A stretch of DNA of 53,170 bases from Clostridia bacterium (GCA_045639145.1 JAZUCQ010000007.1:1-53170), one strand, 5' to 3'; positions 10,023 to 20,690 are shown, counted from the stretch's first letter. Made by a program: numbers and translations. Notes: generated by a model not told the origin, from the letters alone.

Positions 10023-10898
10023 CTATTCTATGTTCTGAATCTGCTCGCGTATTTTCTCTATTATCGACTTGAGCTCTACCACATGAGCCGCAATATCAGC
10101 ATCGTTGCATTTAGAACCCGTAGTGTTTGCCTCGCGGTTCATCTCCTGCACGATAAAGTCAAGCTTTTTGCCGACAGGCTCATTTGCCTGCATTGTCTTT
10201 TTAAAAGCACATACATGGCTGCGAAGCCGGACGAGTTCCTCATCGACCGAGATTTTGTCGGCAAAGATTGCCGCCTCGGTAATAATTCTTGTTTCGTCTA
10301 TTGAACGGTCAGCGAGGATATCCTCGAGCTTTTTGCGAAGTCTTTGCATATACTCACTAACACACTCGGGAGAGCGTTTTTCGATAATCCCAGCCTCGGA
10401 CAAAAGCGACTCTAAATGCTCATTGAGATTTTGTTCAAGACGCTTACCTTCATCTGTTCGCATTGCCACAAAATCAGAAAGTGCCGTCTCAAACACAGCA
10501 AGCACCATCTCGCAGATTTTTTCCTCATCAATCTCTTTATATTCAACATCAAAGATATCAGGCAGGCGTGACATAGAGGACACCGACAAATCATTCGCAA
10601 CTCCAAGCTCAGACAGCTCCGTCAATGCTTTTATATACCCTTCGGCAACAGGACGGTTGAGTGCAATCTCTCTGTCGTCACTCTCTTTCTGCTCAATGCT
10701 GAGCAGGATTTCCACCTTTCCTCTTGAAACCGCACGCATTGCCGCATTGCGAATTTTATCTTCAAGGAATGAATAATATCTGGGCACTTTAATTGTAAAA
10801 TCGCTGTATCTGTGATTTACAGACTTTATTTGAATTTTAATCAGATATCCGTCAATCAGCTGCTCTGCGCGGCCAAATCCGGTCATACTCTTCAGCAT
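10023..10898 (-). CDS. yicC: YicC-family stress-induced protein (putative endoribonuclease)
   Basis: It has the [11 protein letters not shown]-terminus and the conserved C-terminal [10 protein letters not shown] motif. The start is the ATG at 10898 after AGAGGTGG. Confidence 0.88.
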   Translation of the reverse strand: MLKSMTGFGRAEQLIDGYLIKIQIKSVNHRYSDFTIKVPRYYSFLEDKIRNAAMRAVSRGKVEILLSIEQKESDDREIALNRPVAEGYIKALTELSELGVANDLSVSSMSRLPDIFDVEYKEIDEEKICEMVLAVFETALSDFVAMRTDEGKRLEQNLNEHLESLLSEAGIIEKRSPECVSEYMQRLRKKLEDILADRSIDETRIITEAAIFADKISVDEELVRLRSHVCAFKKTMQANEPVGKKLDFIVQEMNREANTTGSKCNDADIAAHVVELKSIIEKIREQIQNIE

Positions 10899-10967
10899 TT
10901 GTACCACCTCTTTATCAACTTAACATTTTACCACATTTTTGCAGAGTTTGCAAGGCTTTTTTCATTT

Positions 10968-11612
10968 TTACACGCCTATTTGCGGACAAAGGTGCGCAAT
11001 CGGACATGCCTCACATCTTGGGGTGCGTGCGTTGCAATATTTCCGTCCGTGAAAAACAAGGCAGTGACAATACTGCGTCTGTATCTCGGGCGGTAAAATC
11101 TTCAAAAGGTCGAGCTCTATCTTGTATGCATCACGGCTTTTGGTAAACCCCATTCGGTTTGAAAGTCTCGTCGCATGGGTATCTACCACCACGCCCGGGA
11201 TACCAAAATAATCGCCAAGCACCAGATTGGCAGTCTTTCTGCCAACCCCGGGGAGCCTTAAAAGCTCCTCCATGGTTTTGGGTACCTCGCCGCCAAATTC
11301 ATCAATTAACATTCTGCAGCAACCGATTATGTTCTTTGCTTTGTTGCGGAAAAATCCCGTCGAACGGATATCCTCACGCAGTTCAAGCTCGTCTGCATTT
11401 GCAAAAGCATACACATCAGGGTATTTTTTAAAAAGAGCAGGTGTTACCATATTAACTCTTGCATCGGTACATTGCGCCGCAAGCTGTGTTGCAATCAACA
11501 GCTGCAGTGCGTTTTCATAATCAAGCGTACAGTCAGCATCGCTATATACATCTTCAAAAATCTTGTATATCTCTGTCGCACGAACCTTTTTTGCCGCAAT
11601 ACTCTCACGCAT
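10968..11612 (-). CDS. nth: Endonuclease III
   Basis: It has HhH-GPD (LPGVGRKTANLV) and a C-terminal 4Fe-4S motif CxxxxxxCxxCxxxxxC. Confidence 0.93.
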   Translation of the reverse strand: MRESIAAKKVRATEIYKIFEDVYSDADCTLDYENALQLLIATQLAAQCTDARVNMVTPALFKKYPDVYAFANADELELREDIRSTGFFRNKAKNIIGCCRMLIDEFGGEVPKTMEELLRLPGVGRKTANLVLGDYFGIPGVVVDTHATRLSNRMGFTKSRDAYKIELDLLKILPPEIQTQYCHCLVFHGRKYCNARTPRCEACPIAHLCPQIGV

Positions 11613-11740
11613 GTTTTTGCCTCCTTGTAAATATTTTAACTTTTCTCTTGCAAAATGCCATTTGTAATATTATAATATAAAATAGAGTAATTTGCAACAA
11701 ATTATTATACTGCAGAATAACTCTGAAAGGAATGAATAGA

Positions 11741-12979
11741 ATGTACGAACTTGAAAATGTAAAAAAAGTTGACCCTGAGATCGCCGAGGCGATATCCAAG
11801 GAAATCGGCAGACAGCGCAGCAAGATTGAGCTTATAGCGTCTGAAAACTTCGTAAGCCCTGCTGTAATGGAGGCAATGGGAACTCCCCTTACCAATAAAT
11901 ACGCAGAGGGATACCCCGGCAAGCGTTACTATGGCGGCTGTGAATATGTTGATATTGTGGAGGACCTCGCAAGAGACCGTGCAAAGGAGCTGTTTGGTGC
12001 AGAGTTTGCCAATGTTCAGCCGCACTCGGGTGCGTCTGCTAATCTTGCTGTTTTCTTTGCAGCAATGGAGCCGGGCGACACATACCTCGGTATGAACCTC
12101 GCACACGGCGGACATTTGAGCCACGGTTCACCTGTCAATATCTCGGGTAAATACTTCAATGTTGTACCCTACGGCGTAGATGATGTTACGCACAGAATAG
12201 ATTACGATAACTTAAGAAAGCTTGCACATGAGAACAAGCCTAAGCTTATTTTAGCCGGTGCAAGTGCATATGCGCGTGAGATTGACTTTGCGGCATTCCG
12301 CGAGATTGCAGACGAGGTTGGCGCATATCTTATGGTTGATATGGCACACATTGCAGGTCTTGTAGCGGCAGGTCTCCATCAGAGCCCCGTACCTTATGCA
12401 GACTTTGTTACAACCACCACACACAAGACTCTCCGCGGCCCGAGAGGCGGTCTTATCCTCTGCAAAGAAGAATACGGTCCCATGATTAACAAGGCTGTAT
12501 TCCCCGGCTGTCAGGGTGGTCCTCTTATGCATGTTATCGCAGGTAAGGCGGTATGCTTTAAGGAGGCTCTCTCTGATGAGTTCAAGGCCTATCAGGGACA
12601 GGTAAAGAAGAATGCTGCAACCCTGGCAGACGAGCTTATTAAGAGAGACATTGATATTGTTTCAGGCGGAACCGACAACCACCTTATGCTTGTAAGTCTT
12701 TTGAAGCAGGACAAGACAGGCAAAGAGGTTGAGCACAATCTTGACGAGGTTGGTATTACCTGTAACAAGAACACTATTCCCAACGATCCCAAGAGTCCCT
12801 TTGTTACAAGCGGTATTCGTCTTGGTACTCCTGCTGTTACAAGCAGAGGCTTTGACGAGGCTGATATGTGCGAGGTTGCAGACCTTATCTCAAAGGTAAT
12901 TTGCGACTTTGAGGGCACAAAGGAAGAGGTCGCAGACCGCGTTCAGGCACTCTGCAAGAAGAGACCTCTTTATGAATAA
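11741..12979 (+). CDS. glyA: Serine hydroxymethyltransferase
   Basis: It has the PLP site [14 protein letters not shown]. The ORF opens at 11732, but the ATG at 11741 has better spacing from GAAAGGA. Confidence 0.93.
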   Translation: MYELENVKKVDPEIAEAISKEIGRQRSKIELIASENFVSPAVMEAMGTPLTNKYAEGYPGKRYYGGCEYVDIVEDLARDRAKELFGAEFANVQPHSGASANLAVFFAAMEPGDTYLGMNLAHGGHLSHGSPVNISGKYFNVVPYGVDDVTHRIDYDNLRKLAHENKPKLILAGASAYAREIDFAAFREIADEVGAYLMVDMAHIAGLVAAGLHQSPVPYADFVTTTTHKTLRGPRGGLILCKEEYGPMINKAVFPGCQGGPLMHVIAGKAVCFKEALSDEFKAYQGQVKKNAATLADELIKRDIDIVSGGTDNHLMLVSLLKQDKTGKEVEHNLDEVGITCNKNTIPNDPKSPFVTSGIRLGTPAVTSRGFDEADMCEVADLISKVICDFEGTKEEVADRVQALCKKRPLYE

Positions 12980-14255
12980 GCCATTAGCTGACAGAATTCG
13001 TCCAACCTGCCTTGACCATGTTGCGGGGCAGAAGCATATCTTAGGAAAAGGACGGATTTTGCGAAATATTATCGAGAGCGGGAATATCCCCTGCATGATT
13101 TTCTATGGACCGTCAGGCACGGGAAAGACAACCGTCGCAAATATTGCGGCGGCTATCTCTAACCGCCCGTTATATAAGCTTAACGCGACAAATGCCTCGG
13201 TTTCCGACATAAAGGCTATCGTGCGAGAGAGCGAGGGTCTGCTCGGGCAGGACGGAGTTTTACTCTATCTTGACGAGATACAGAACTTTAACAAAAAGCA
13301 GCAGCAATCCCTCCTTGAATATACCGAGAACGGAAGAATAACGCTGATTGCAAGCACTACGGAAAACCCTTACTTTTATGTATACAACGCAATTTTGAGC
13401 CGCAGTACGGTTTTTGAATTTCGTTCTCTTACCGCCTCAGACATTGAGGAGGTTTTGGCACGGGCACTTGAAATTCTGCAAAAAGAGGATTTCTCCGACG
13501 GAAGTCTCTGCACAGAAGACGGCTTTTTACATCTGCTTGCAGAGAAATCAGGCGGCGATGTACGCCGTGCACTCAACTCGTTAGAGCTGGCAGTATGTTA
13601 TACACCGCCGCAAAGTGACGGAAAAATTCTGCTCACCTCTGCCGTTGCAGCGCAATGTACCCAGAAAAAGGTGTTTCAGTATGACAAATCGGGCGACAGC
13701 CATTATGATATACTCAGCGCTTTTCAAAAGTCGATACGGGGCAGCGACCCTGATGCCGCAGTTCATTATCTGGCACGGCTGGTTGCGGCAGATGATATCC
13801 AGTCAATATGCCGACGGCTTATGGTTATTGCGTGCGAGGACATAGGCCTTGCATACCCGACAGCAATAACGATTGTAAAGGCATGTGTTGACAGTGCGCT
13901 TATGTTAGGCTTCCCCGAGGCAAGAATACCGCTTGCACATGCGACAGTTCTGCTCGCGACCGCTCCAAAATCAAACTCGGCACATCTTGCTCTTGATGCC
14001 GCTCTATACGATATAGAGCACATCAACACGGGCAATATCCCGAGGCAGCTGCAGAATATGCACCTTGACGGCGAGGGTGATTTGCCCAAAGGACAGAATT
14101 ATCTGTACCCCCATGACTATCCCGACCATTATGTAAAACAGCAATATCTGCCTGATAACATAAAGGATAAAGTATATTACACCCCGGGTGCTAACAAAGC
14201 AGAACAAAGTGCAAAAGAATATTGGGATAAAATTAAAGGAAATTCAAAAAAATAG
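12972..14255 (+). CDS. rarA: Replication-associated recombination protein A (MgsA/RarA AAA+ ATPase)
   Basis: It starts [11 protein letters not shown] and has Walker [14 protein letters not shown], and a C-terminal HLKDAHY-like tail. The start overlaps the glyA stop by 8 nt. Confidence 0.92.
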   Translation: MNKPLADRIRPTCLDHVAGQKHILGKGRILRNIIESGNIPCMIFYGPSGTGKTTVANIAAAISNRPLYKLNATNASVSDIKAIVRESEGLLGQDGVLLYLDEIQNFNKKQQQSLLEYTENGRITLIASTTENPYFYVYNAILSRSTVFEFRSLTASDIEEVLARALEILQKEDFSDGSLCTEDGFLHLLAEKSGGDVRRALNSLELAVCYTPPQSDGKILLTSAVAAQCTQKKVFQYDKSGDSHYDILSAFQKSIRGSDPDAAVHYLARLVAADDIQSICRRLMVIACEDIGLAYPTAITIVKACVDSALMLGFPEARIPLAHATVLLATAPKSNSAHLALDAALYDIEHINTGNIPRQLQNMHLDGEGDLPKGQNYLYPHDYPDHYVKQQYLPDNIKDKVYYTPGANKAEQSAKEYWDKIKGNSKK

Positions 14256-14282
14256 AGAATGGCTTGCCATTCTCTATTTTTG
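14251..14282 (+). terminator. Rho-independent terminator of glyA-rarA
   Basis: AATAGAGAATGG-CTTG-CCATTCTCTATT followed by TTTTGT. Confidence 0.8.
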
Positions 14283-14339
14283 TATGTCCATAAACGCTAT
14301 AATTTTGCAATTAGATTGTATTTGTTATGCCTTGCCCTA

Positions 14340-14532
14340 TTCCGCTCGCCCACCCGAGCGGAATCGACTTCCCCTTCGGGAAATCGATTGGGGCTACGCC
14401 CCAAACCCCAAAAATGCAGGGTATTAAAGGGGTGCATCCCCTTTATCCGAGTTCCCGATAGGGAACGATGGACTGCGCCTGGGTCCGGCAGGCGCAACGG
14501 GGCTCGGCGAAGCACATGCAATGGATTTGCAT
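14340..14532. repeat. Cluster of seven consecutive, mostly GC-rich hairpins with no family assignment
   Basis: The stems lie at 14340-14363, 14362-14389, 14390-14402, 14425-14445, 14451-14466, 14474-14496 and 14516-14532. They sit in a convergent spacer, and the local GC is clearly above the flanks. Confidence 0.6.
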
Positions 14533-14572
14533 TAAAACCAACTTTTTCGACAGCCTGAGATTTTTACATTCT

Positions 14573-15547
14573 CTATTTTTTCATCATTCTTAAATCCGCA
14601 CCGATAAATGCAAGCTTTTCATACGAGCCTATCATTCGGGATTCCATTCGCTTGCCGTAAATCTCTCCTATTTTTTGAGGGGCAAGGTTTGACGAAACCA
14701 CCGTACTTTTTCCTGCGGTCAATCTTGAATTTATTATATCAAAGAGTGCCGCCGACGAATACGCACTTACAAACTCTGTACCCACATCGTCTATCACAAG
14801 CAGGTCAACCGAGTATGCGTATCTTGATGCAAAATCCACCGCGTCTGCCTCTGCCTCGTCAAGCCGACCGAACTTCGCCTTTTCCATCATGTCAAGAAGC
14901 GAAAATGCCGACTGATAGTAAACAGTAAATCCACGCTCAAGCACTCTGTTTGCTATACATGAGGACAGATAGGTTTTGCCTGTTCCTGCCGCTCCGTATA
15001 TATACAAATTTGAATTTGTCGTTTCAAAGGTCTCGGCAAATACCTCGGCTTTTTTGTAAGCACTTTTTATCACCTTTTCAACCGAACGCCCCTTAATATC
15101 GGGTTGACCCTCAAAGAGCGAAAAATCAAAGTTCTCAAACCTCTGCTCCCTCATCATCTCGGTAAGGTTGGAGTTTATGCCCACATATTTTGAAATCATA
15201 TTTTTCAGGCATTCACAGCGTGCACCGCCCTCATCATATCCCGTATCGTGGCACTTTTTGCAGGTATGTATCTCATCAAGATAATCCTCGGGCAAATTCA
15301 ACCCTGCGAGAATTTTGTATTTTTTCTTCTGTGTATTCTCTATATGTCGGCGTATCTGCGATATATCAGCCACTCCGCCGAGAACGCATTTGGCAAGTGC
15401 CGCTCCGCCTGCCGCAAGACCTGCCTCAACCTCGGCATACTCGGGCGCTGCATCTCTTACCTCTGTTTCTCTGCGTCTTTGCTCGTCGGTATTTCTTTTG
15501 CGGATTTCCGCAAGCTCTCTGTTCGCCTGTGAATATGCGGTTTCCAT
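14573..15547 (-). CDS. DnaC/DnaI-like helicase loader (IstB-type AAA+ ATPase with an N-terminal zinc motif)
   Basis: It has Walker A GAAGTGKTY, Walker B LLVIDDVG and CKKCHDTGY...CEC. The start is the ATG at 15547 after AAGGAG. Confidence 0.85.
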   Translation of the reverse strand: METAYSQANRELAEIRKRNTDEQRRRETEVRDAAPEYAEVEAGLAAGGAALAKCVLGGVADISQIRRHIENTQKKKYKILAGLNLPEDYLDEIHTCKKCHDTGYDEGGARCECLKNMISKYVGINSNLTEMMREQRFENFDFSLFEGQPDIKGRSVEKVIKSAYKKAEVFAETFETTNSNLYIYGAAGTGKTYLSSCIANRVLERGFTVYYQSAFSLLDMMEKAKFGRLDEAEADAVDFASRYAYSVDLLVIDDVGTEFVSAYSSAALFDIINSRLTAGKSTVVSSNLAPQKIGEIYGKRMESRMIGSYEKLAFIGADLRMMKK

Positions 15548-15575
15548 TTCCGTCACACTCCTTTACCCGTAAAAA

Positions 15576-16571
15576 TTATCCCTCGTCCAGCATCATCTCA
15601 AAGATTTGCTCCTCAAGCTCTGCATAATCTGTTTTGTTGTCATCATCATAGTTATTAAATTTACTCTTTTTCGGCTTTTCATCTTTAAATTTTCCACCGC
15701 CGTTTTTGTAAAACTCCTCATCAGCCGCAGAAACCTCCTCGCAGGTTTTGTAGCCTGCCGCCGTCCAGTTTTCCAAAATCTTGTTCATATAACCGTAGCT
15801 CAGCTTGCCCGTTGCCTCAACCGTTTTGTCATAGGCAAGGGAGATAAGCTCGGACGGAATTTTCATATCATTTGCCCACATTTTTATGTATTTTCTCTCG
15901 GTCGTGGACATCGCTCTGTTGTATATTCCCAAAATTGACCGAATCGCCTGCTCCGCACTGTCTGCCGCCTCAAGCTCCGAGACATATGCCTCTGCCGCCT
16001 CATAGGTGTCAATTCCCTTATCCGCCCAGTCTATTGCGACCGTTTCGAGGTAATGCTTGGTTGTCTTGCCTCTCTTTGCGGCATATGAAAGCAGCATCAT
16101 AATAACCTCAACGGGAAGCCCCAGCCAATCATTAAAGGAAAACAGCATCTCCATATCGGATGCAGTAAGCACCTTGTCAAGTATTGTCTCCGCCTGATAA
16201 AATAGTCCTGAGATTTGCTTGTTTGCAGTAGCTACCGCGTCTATCTCCGCCTGAGAATATGCAGGCTTGCTGCTCTTTATCCGCTTTATCTTCTGAGTTC
16301 TTGTAGGCTCTGCCGCCCTTTGTGTGCTGTCTGTCTTGATTGAGTATCCTCTGCCGTCACATATAAGCTCGCCTCGGCTTGTCCAGTATTCGAGTATAAA
16401 CTCTGCTTTTGCAGAGGATATATCAAGCGCCATTGCAATCTTATCCGCCGAAGGGATTTCTCCGTCTTTTTCAGCAAGATATTTTATATACAAATATACC
16501 TGAAGATATTCAGGCTTTGTAAATCTGACATATTTATCAATAAAATCAAACGAAAGTGTTATATTATCCAT
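15576..16571 (-). CDS. DnaD/DnaB(Bsu)-type replication initiation protein with two DnaB_2 domains
   Basis: There are two copies of the Y..x.IL.xW...G..T-type motif (HYLETVAIDWADKGIDT and YMNKILENWTAAGYKT). Its start is 2 nt from the mnmE stop. Confidence 0.75.
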   Translation of the reverse strand: MDNITLSFDFIDKYVRFTKPEYLQVYLYIKYLAEKDGEIPSADKIAMALDISSAKAEFILEYWTSRGELICDGRGYSIKTDSTQRAAEPTRTQKIKRIKSSKPAYSQAEIDAVATANKQISGLFYQAETILDKVLTASDMEMLFSFNDWLGLPVEVIMMLLSYAAKRGKTTKHYLETVAIDWADKGIDTYEAAEAYVSELEAADSAEQAIRSILGIYNRAMSTTERKYIKMWANDMKIPSELISLAYDKTVEATGKLSYGYMNKILENWTAAGYKTCEEVSAADEEFYKNGGGKFKDEKPKKSKFNNYDDDNKTDYAELEEQIFEMMLDEG

Positions 16572-16572
16572 A

Positions 16573-17961
16573 TTATTTTCCTACACAAAAGTTTTCAAAA
16601 ACGCTGTTTATTATCTCCTCACTGACCGTCTTTCCCGTTATCTCGCCAAACGCTGTCAGTGCGTCCTCCAAATCAATATACAAAAGGTCATACGGCATTC
16701 CCATCTTAAGTCCGTCTATCGCATGAGAGAGTGCTTCTTCTGCCTTTATCAGCGAATCCCTCTGCCGCTCGTTCGCTATATATACCTCATCTGTCTTTAC
16801 GCTGCCTATGGCAAACATATCCGATATCGCCGTCTCCAACGCCTCAATTCCTGCTGCATCTTTTCCCTTCGGGGCAGAGGTCAAAACCTGTGCATCAGGC
16901 GAGATGCCAAGCTGCTCTGCCGCATCGTCAAATGCAGCCTCCTTGTCTGTTTTGTTCATAATAAGAATTGTACGCTTACCCTTGACCGCCTCGGCTATAC
17001 TCTTATCCTCGTCCGTGAGTTGCTCCGACGCGTCAACCACAAAAAGACACAAATCCGCAGCTGCGATATTCTGCATTGATTTTTCGATACCTATTCTCTC
17101 TACCTCGTCTGATGCGTCACGAATACCTGCCGTATCGCAAAGTCTGAGAGCAATTCCCCCCACCGAAACAAGCTCTTCTATTGTATCCCTTGTTGTGCCG
17201 GGTATATCGGTAACTATCGCACGCTCAAACCTAAGCAGAGCGTTGAGGATAGACGATTTACCCACATTCGGTCTGCCGACTATCGCACAGCGAACACCGT
17301 CACGCATAATTCTGCCCTTGTCAAAGCCGCTGAGTAGCGTGCTTGTCTCTCTGCGAAGCTCTGTCAGCTGATTTTCAAGGTCATCGCTCTCGGGCGTGTC
17401 CACTTCATCAGGATAATCCGCCGCCGCAGATACATTCGCGGCAATCAACAGCGTCTTTTCTCTGAGCGTATTGATTTTCTTTGAGAGCTCTCCCGTGAGC
17501 GACATTGCCGCATTATGAAGTCCTGCTTCCGTTGCGGAATTCATCAAATCCATGACCGCCTCTGCACCGCTCAAATCTGTCTTTCCGTTTATAAATGCAC
17601 GGCGGGTGAACTCACCTGCTTCGGCAAGTCTTGCTCCGCAGCTTAGAAGTCCGCTCAGAATTTTGTCCGCTGCCAAAAAACCGCCGTGGCAGTTTATCTC
17701 CACGACGCTTTCACCCGTATATGATTTTGGTGCACGCATAACTGCAACAAGCGCCTCGTCCATAAGCGTCTTTTTGTCATGCGTATATATTTTGCAGAGG
17801 GTAAGCTTATGACTATCTAAATCCGAAAGCTCTCTGCCGCCATAGGGCACCGCCATCTTTGCGGCAATTTCCTCTGCTTTTTCGCCACTTAGGCGAATAA
17901 TGGCAATTCCGCCTGCACCTCTCGGGGTGGCAATCGCCGCTATTGTATCGTTAAGTTTCAT
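16573..17961 (-). CDS. mnmE: tRNA modification GTPase MnmE (TrmE)
   Basis: 462 aa with G1 GRPNVGKSS, DTAG and NKTD motifs and the C-terminal FCVGK. Confidence 0.95.
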   Translation of the reverse strand: MKLNDTIAAIATPRGAGGIAIIRLSGEKAEEIAAKMAVPYGGRELSDLDSHKLTLCKIYTHDKKTLMDEALVAVMRAPKSYTGESVVEINCHGGFLAADKILSGLLSCGARLAEAGEFTRRAFINGKTDLSGAEAVMDLMNSATEAGLHNAAMSLTGELSKKINTLREKTLLIAANVSAAADYPDEVDTPESDDLENQLTELRRETSTLLSGFDKGRIMRDGVRCAIVGRPNVGKSSILNALLRFERAIVTDIPGTTRDTIEELVSVGGIALRLCDTAGIRDASDEVERIGIEKSMQNIAAADLCLFVVDASEQLTDEDKSIAEAVKGKRTILIMNKTDKEAAFDDAAEQLGISPDAQVLTSAPKGKDAAGIEALETAISDMFAIGSVKTDEVYIANERQRDSLIKAEEALSHAIDGLKMGMPYDLLYIDLEDALTAFGEITGKTVSEEIINSVFENFCVGK

Positions 17962-17978
17962 GTTAATCTTCCTTTTTA

Positions 17979-18002
17979 TTCTCTCCGCGTATGCGGAGAG
18001 AA
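17979..18002 (-). terminator. Hairpin between dnaA and mnmE, a possible weak terminator
   Basis: TTCTCTCCGC-GTAT-GCGGAGAGAA. There is no clean U-tract on either strand. Confidence 0.35.
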
Positions 18003-18007
18003 TAAAA

Positions 18008-19333
18008 TCAATTTTTTCTTATATTATCAACCAAATCCTGAAGCTTGTCCGCAAGCTCCTTGTCACCGCTCAGGTTCTCGCGAACCTTTTTGACTGCATT
18101 CATAACGGTTGAGTGGTCGCGGTTAAACTCCTCGCCTATTCTGGGATAGGATTCATTGAGCACCTCACGCGCAAGATACATCGCGATATGTCTCGGGTAT
18201 GCTACATCGTTTGAACGCTTTTTGGTTCTGAGCGAGCCTGCTGAGAGATGATAATATTTTTCTACCTCGTCGATAATTACCGAGATAGTAATATTCCTCT
18301 GCGGAAGTGTCGATATTATCTCTTTGAGTGCCTTTTGTGCAAGCTCTATTGAAATCGTATTTGTTCTCTCTATTCCCGCATATGCTAAAATTCGCTTTAC
18401 TGCCCCTTCAAGGTCACGGACATTCGAGCGAATGTTGTTTGCAACATACTCGATAATCTCTTCGTCAAAGGTAAAATATTCTTCCTCAATCTTTGCACGC
18501 AGAATTGCAAGTCTTGTCTCGTAATCGGGCGGCTGAACATCTGCCAGAAGACCCATCTGAAATCTGCCCTTTAATCTGTCGGTAAGATGCGGAGTCTCTG
18601 ACGGCAAACGGTCAGATGTCAAAACGATCTGGTTTCCCGCCTCATAAAGCGCATTAAAGGTATGGAAAAACTCATCCTGTGCAAGCTCTTTTGTTGCAAG
18701 GAATTGTATATCGTCAACAAGCAAAAGGTCAACTGTTCTGTACTTGTTGCGGAAATCCTGATTTGTCTTTTCGCGGATAGCGGTAACCAGCTCATATGTA
18801 AATTTTTCACTTGTGGTATATAAAACCTTTTTCTCGGGATAAAGCTCCGAAAAACGGTTGCCTATCGCCTGCAAAAGATGCGTCTTGCCAAGTCCGCTTC
18901 CGCCGTAGAGAAACAAGGGATTATACTTTTGACCCGGTGCCTCGGCAACCCCGAGTGCCGCACCGTATGCTAAGTTGTTGTTTCCGCCTACCACGAAATT
19001 TTCAAACGAATATTTTACATTCAGCTCACTCTCCCGCTTTATCGGGTCGATAACCTCAGCCTCTGCCTTTTTCTTTTCTGCTTCGCCGTCATCTATGATG
19101 ACATTCAGCACGAATGACATTCCCGACGCAAGCTCAAGACAGCTCTCAAGCATTGACCGAAACTTTGTCATTACCATATTTTTATTAAGGCTGCTCGCAA
19201 CCGAGAGTGTAATTTCATTACCGTTTACAGAAATCGGCTTTATCGGCTTTATCCATGTATCAAAAGAAACGGCAGAAATCTCCTCCGACATCTGCGTCAA
19301 CACACTATCCCATATCCCCTTTAATTCCTTCAC
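18008..19333 (-). CDS. dnaA: Chromosomal replication initiator protein DnaA
   Basis: 441 aa with Walker A GGSGLGKTHL, the sensor and box VII regions, and a domain IV HTH (DHSTVMNAVKK). It has a GTG start after AGGAGG. Confidence 0.95.
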   Translation of the reverse strand: MKELKGIWDSVLTQMSEEISAVSFDTWIKPIKPISVNGNEITLSVASSLNKNMVMTKFRSMLESCLELASGMSFVLNVIIDDGEAEKKKAEAEVIDPIKRESELNVKYSFENFVVGGNNNLAYGAALGVAEAPGQKYNPLFLYGGSGLGKTHLLQAIGNRFSELYPEKKVLYTTSEKFTYELVTAIREKTNQDFRNKYRTVDLLLVDDIQFLATKELAQDEFFHTFNALYEAGNQIVLTSDRLPSETPHLTDRLKGRFQMGLLADVQPPDYETRLAILRAKIEEEYFTFDEEIIEYVANNIRSNVRDLEGAVKRILAYAGIERTNTISIELAQKALKEIISTLPQRNITISVIIDEVEKYYHLSAGSLRTKKRSNDVAYPRHIAMYLAREVLNESYPRIGEEFNRDHSTVMNAVKKVRENLSGDKELADKLQDLVDNIRKN

Positions 19334-19667
19334 TTCTTTTTCCTCCTGCTAAACTTCAAAAAACGACCGCACATAAAAAATCGTCGGTCAGAAACAGACG
19401 AACACTTGTGATATATTCTGTATTGTAAACTCCGAAAACATGCGGAAAATCATTCTGTAATCTCTGTGTAACATTATAATAACAGAAATCAAAAAATAAT
19501 TCAACACCTAAATTTGGTAAAAATCCGCTTGAAATCAGCTTTTAAAAGCTCCCTCCACCAAATGTTGTTGGAGAAAATTTTTCCATTAACAATATCTTTG
19601 ATTTTTGCCCCAAAAAAAATTTTTAAAAAATTTTTTCATAAGCCGTCAAAATACATCTTTTTTCGTA

Positions 19668-19696
19668 TTGACGGAAAAGCCTCGAAATGTTACAAT
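19668..19696 (+). promoter_or_regulatory. Sigma-A promoter of cysK
   Basis: TTGACG, a 17-nt spacer, then TACAAT, about 35 nt upstream of the TTG start. Confidence 0.6.
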
Positions 19697-19731
19697 GCTA
19701 TCATACACTTTTACACAGGAGTGATACAACA

Positions 19732-20658
19732 TTGAAGATATACAAAAAAATTACTGATTTAATAGGAAATACACCGCTTTTGCAGCTTGGGAACTTTGAA
19801 AAGGCGGAGTCGCTCGGTGCAACCGTTCTTGCAAAGCTTGAATACTTTAACCCTGCAGGCAGCGTCAAGGACAGAGTTGCCCTTTCAATGATTGAGGACG
19901 CAGAACGCTCGGGAAAGCTTTCGCCCGATTCGGTTATAATCGAGCCTACAAGCGGAAACACAGGCATCGGCCTAGCGTCTGCCGCCGCCGCAAAGGGTTA
20001 CAAGGTTATTCTAACCATGCCCGAAACTATGAGCCATGAGCGAAGAATGCTGCTCTCTGCATACGGAGCAGAGCTTGTTCTGACCGACGGCAAAAAGGGT
20101 ATGAAGGGTGCTATTGAAGAGGCAGAAAAAATCGCTGCACAAACCCCGAACAGTTTTATTCCCGGTCAGTTTGTAAATCCCGTAAACCCTGCGGCACACA
20201 CCTCCTCGACAGGCCCCGAAATCTGGCAGGACACCGACGGGAAGGTTGATATATTTGTAGCAGGTGCAGGCACAGGCGGTACTGTCACGGGCGTTGGCAG
20301 ATACCTTAAATCTCAAAACCCCGATATAAAGATTGTTGCAGTAGAACCTGAAGGCTCGCCCGTTTTATCGGGAGGCACGCCCGGTCCTCACGGACTTATG
20401 GGAATAGGTGCAGGCTTTGTGCCGCAAATTCTCGATACCGAAATCTATGACGAAATCATATGCGTAGGCGAGGAGGATGCCTACCGCACGGGCAGACAAC
20501 TTGCAAAATGCGAAGGGATACTCGTCGGTATTACCTCGGGTGCGGCGGTATATGCCGCATCGGTTTTGGCTAAGCGTCCCGAAAATAAGGGCAAAACAAT
20601 AGTCGCCCTCCTGCCCGATACTGGAGAGCGATATCTCTCAACACCAATGTTTCAATAA
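19732..20658 (+). CDS. cysK: Cysteine synthase A (O-acetylserine sulfhydrylase)
   Basis: It has a PLP-lysine region (NPAGSVKDR) and a GTGGT loop. The start is the TTG at 19732, 11 nt after AGGAG. The track ORF starts upstream of this. Confidence 0.9.
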   Translation: MKIYKKITDLIGNTPLLQLGNFEKAESLGATVLAKLEYFNPAGSVKDRVALSMIEDAERSGKLSPDSVIIEPTSGNTGIGLASAAAAKGYKVILTMPETMSHERRMLLSAYGAELVLTDGKKGMKGAIEEAEKIAAQTPNSFIPGQFVNPVNPAAHTSSTGPEIWQDTDGKVDIFVAGAGTGGTVTGVGRYLKSQNPDIKIVAVEPEGSPVLSGGTPGPHGLMGIGAGFVPQILDTEIYDEIICVGEEDAYRTGRQLAKCEGILVGITSGAAVYAASVLAKRPENKGKTIVALLPDTGERYLSTPMFQ

Positions 20659-20662
20659 TCTA

Positions 20663-20690
20663 AAAGGGAGCCGAACGGCTCCCTTTCTTT
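20663..20690. terminator. Bidirectional terminator
   Basis: AAAGGGAGCC-GAAC-GGCTCCCTTT flanked by A and T runs, between convergent genes. Confidence 0.75.

Noticed and set aside
14283-14572. 6S RNA, SRP RNA, RNase P or tmRNA downstream of rarA
   Set aside because: The region folds into many independent short hairpins rather than one long rod with a central bubble. The GGUCCGG segment sits in a simple 7-nt loop, not in an SRP domain-IV context. No RNase P or tmRNA signature strings were seen.
15900-16580. Several TTATCCGC(C) and TTATCCATA sequences inside the dnaD-like gene and at the mnmE/dnaD junction, considered as possible DnaA boxes
   Set aside because: All but one have two mismatches to the consensus. 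They lie in coding sequence and are explained by recurrent Ala-Asp-Lys-type codons on the coding strand.
19334-19667. oriC call for the dnaA upstream spacer
   Set aside because: It is AT-rich and in the classical position, but I could not find any TTATCCACA-like box with two or fewer mismatches by eye. It is not annotated as an origin and is kept as a question in the findings.
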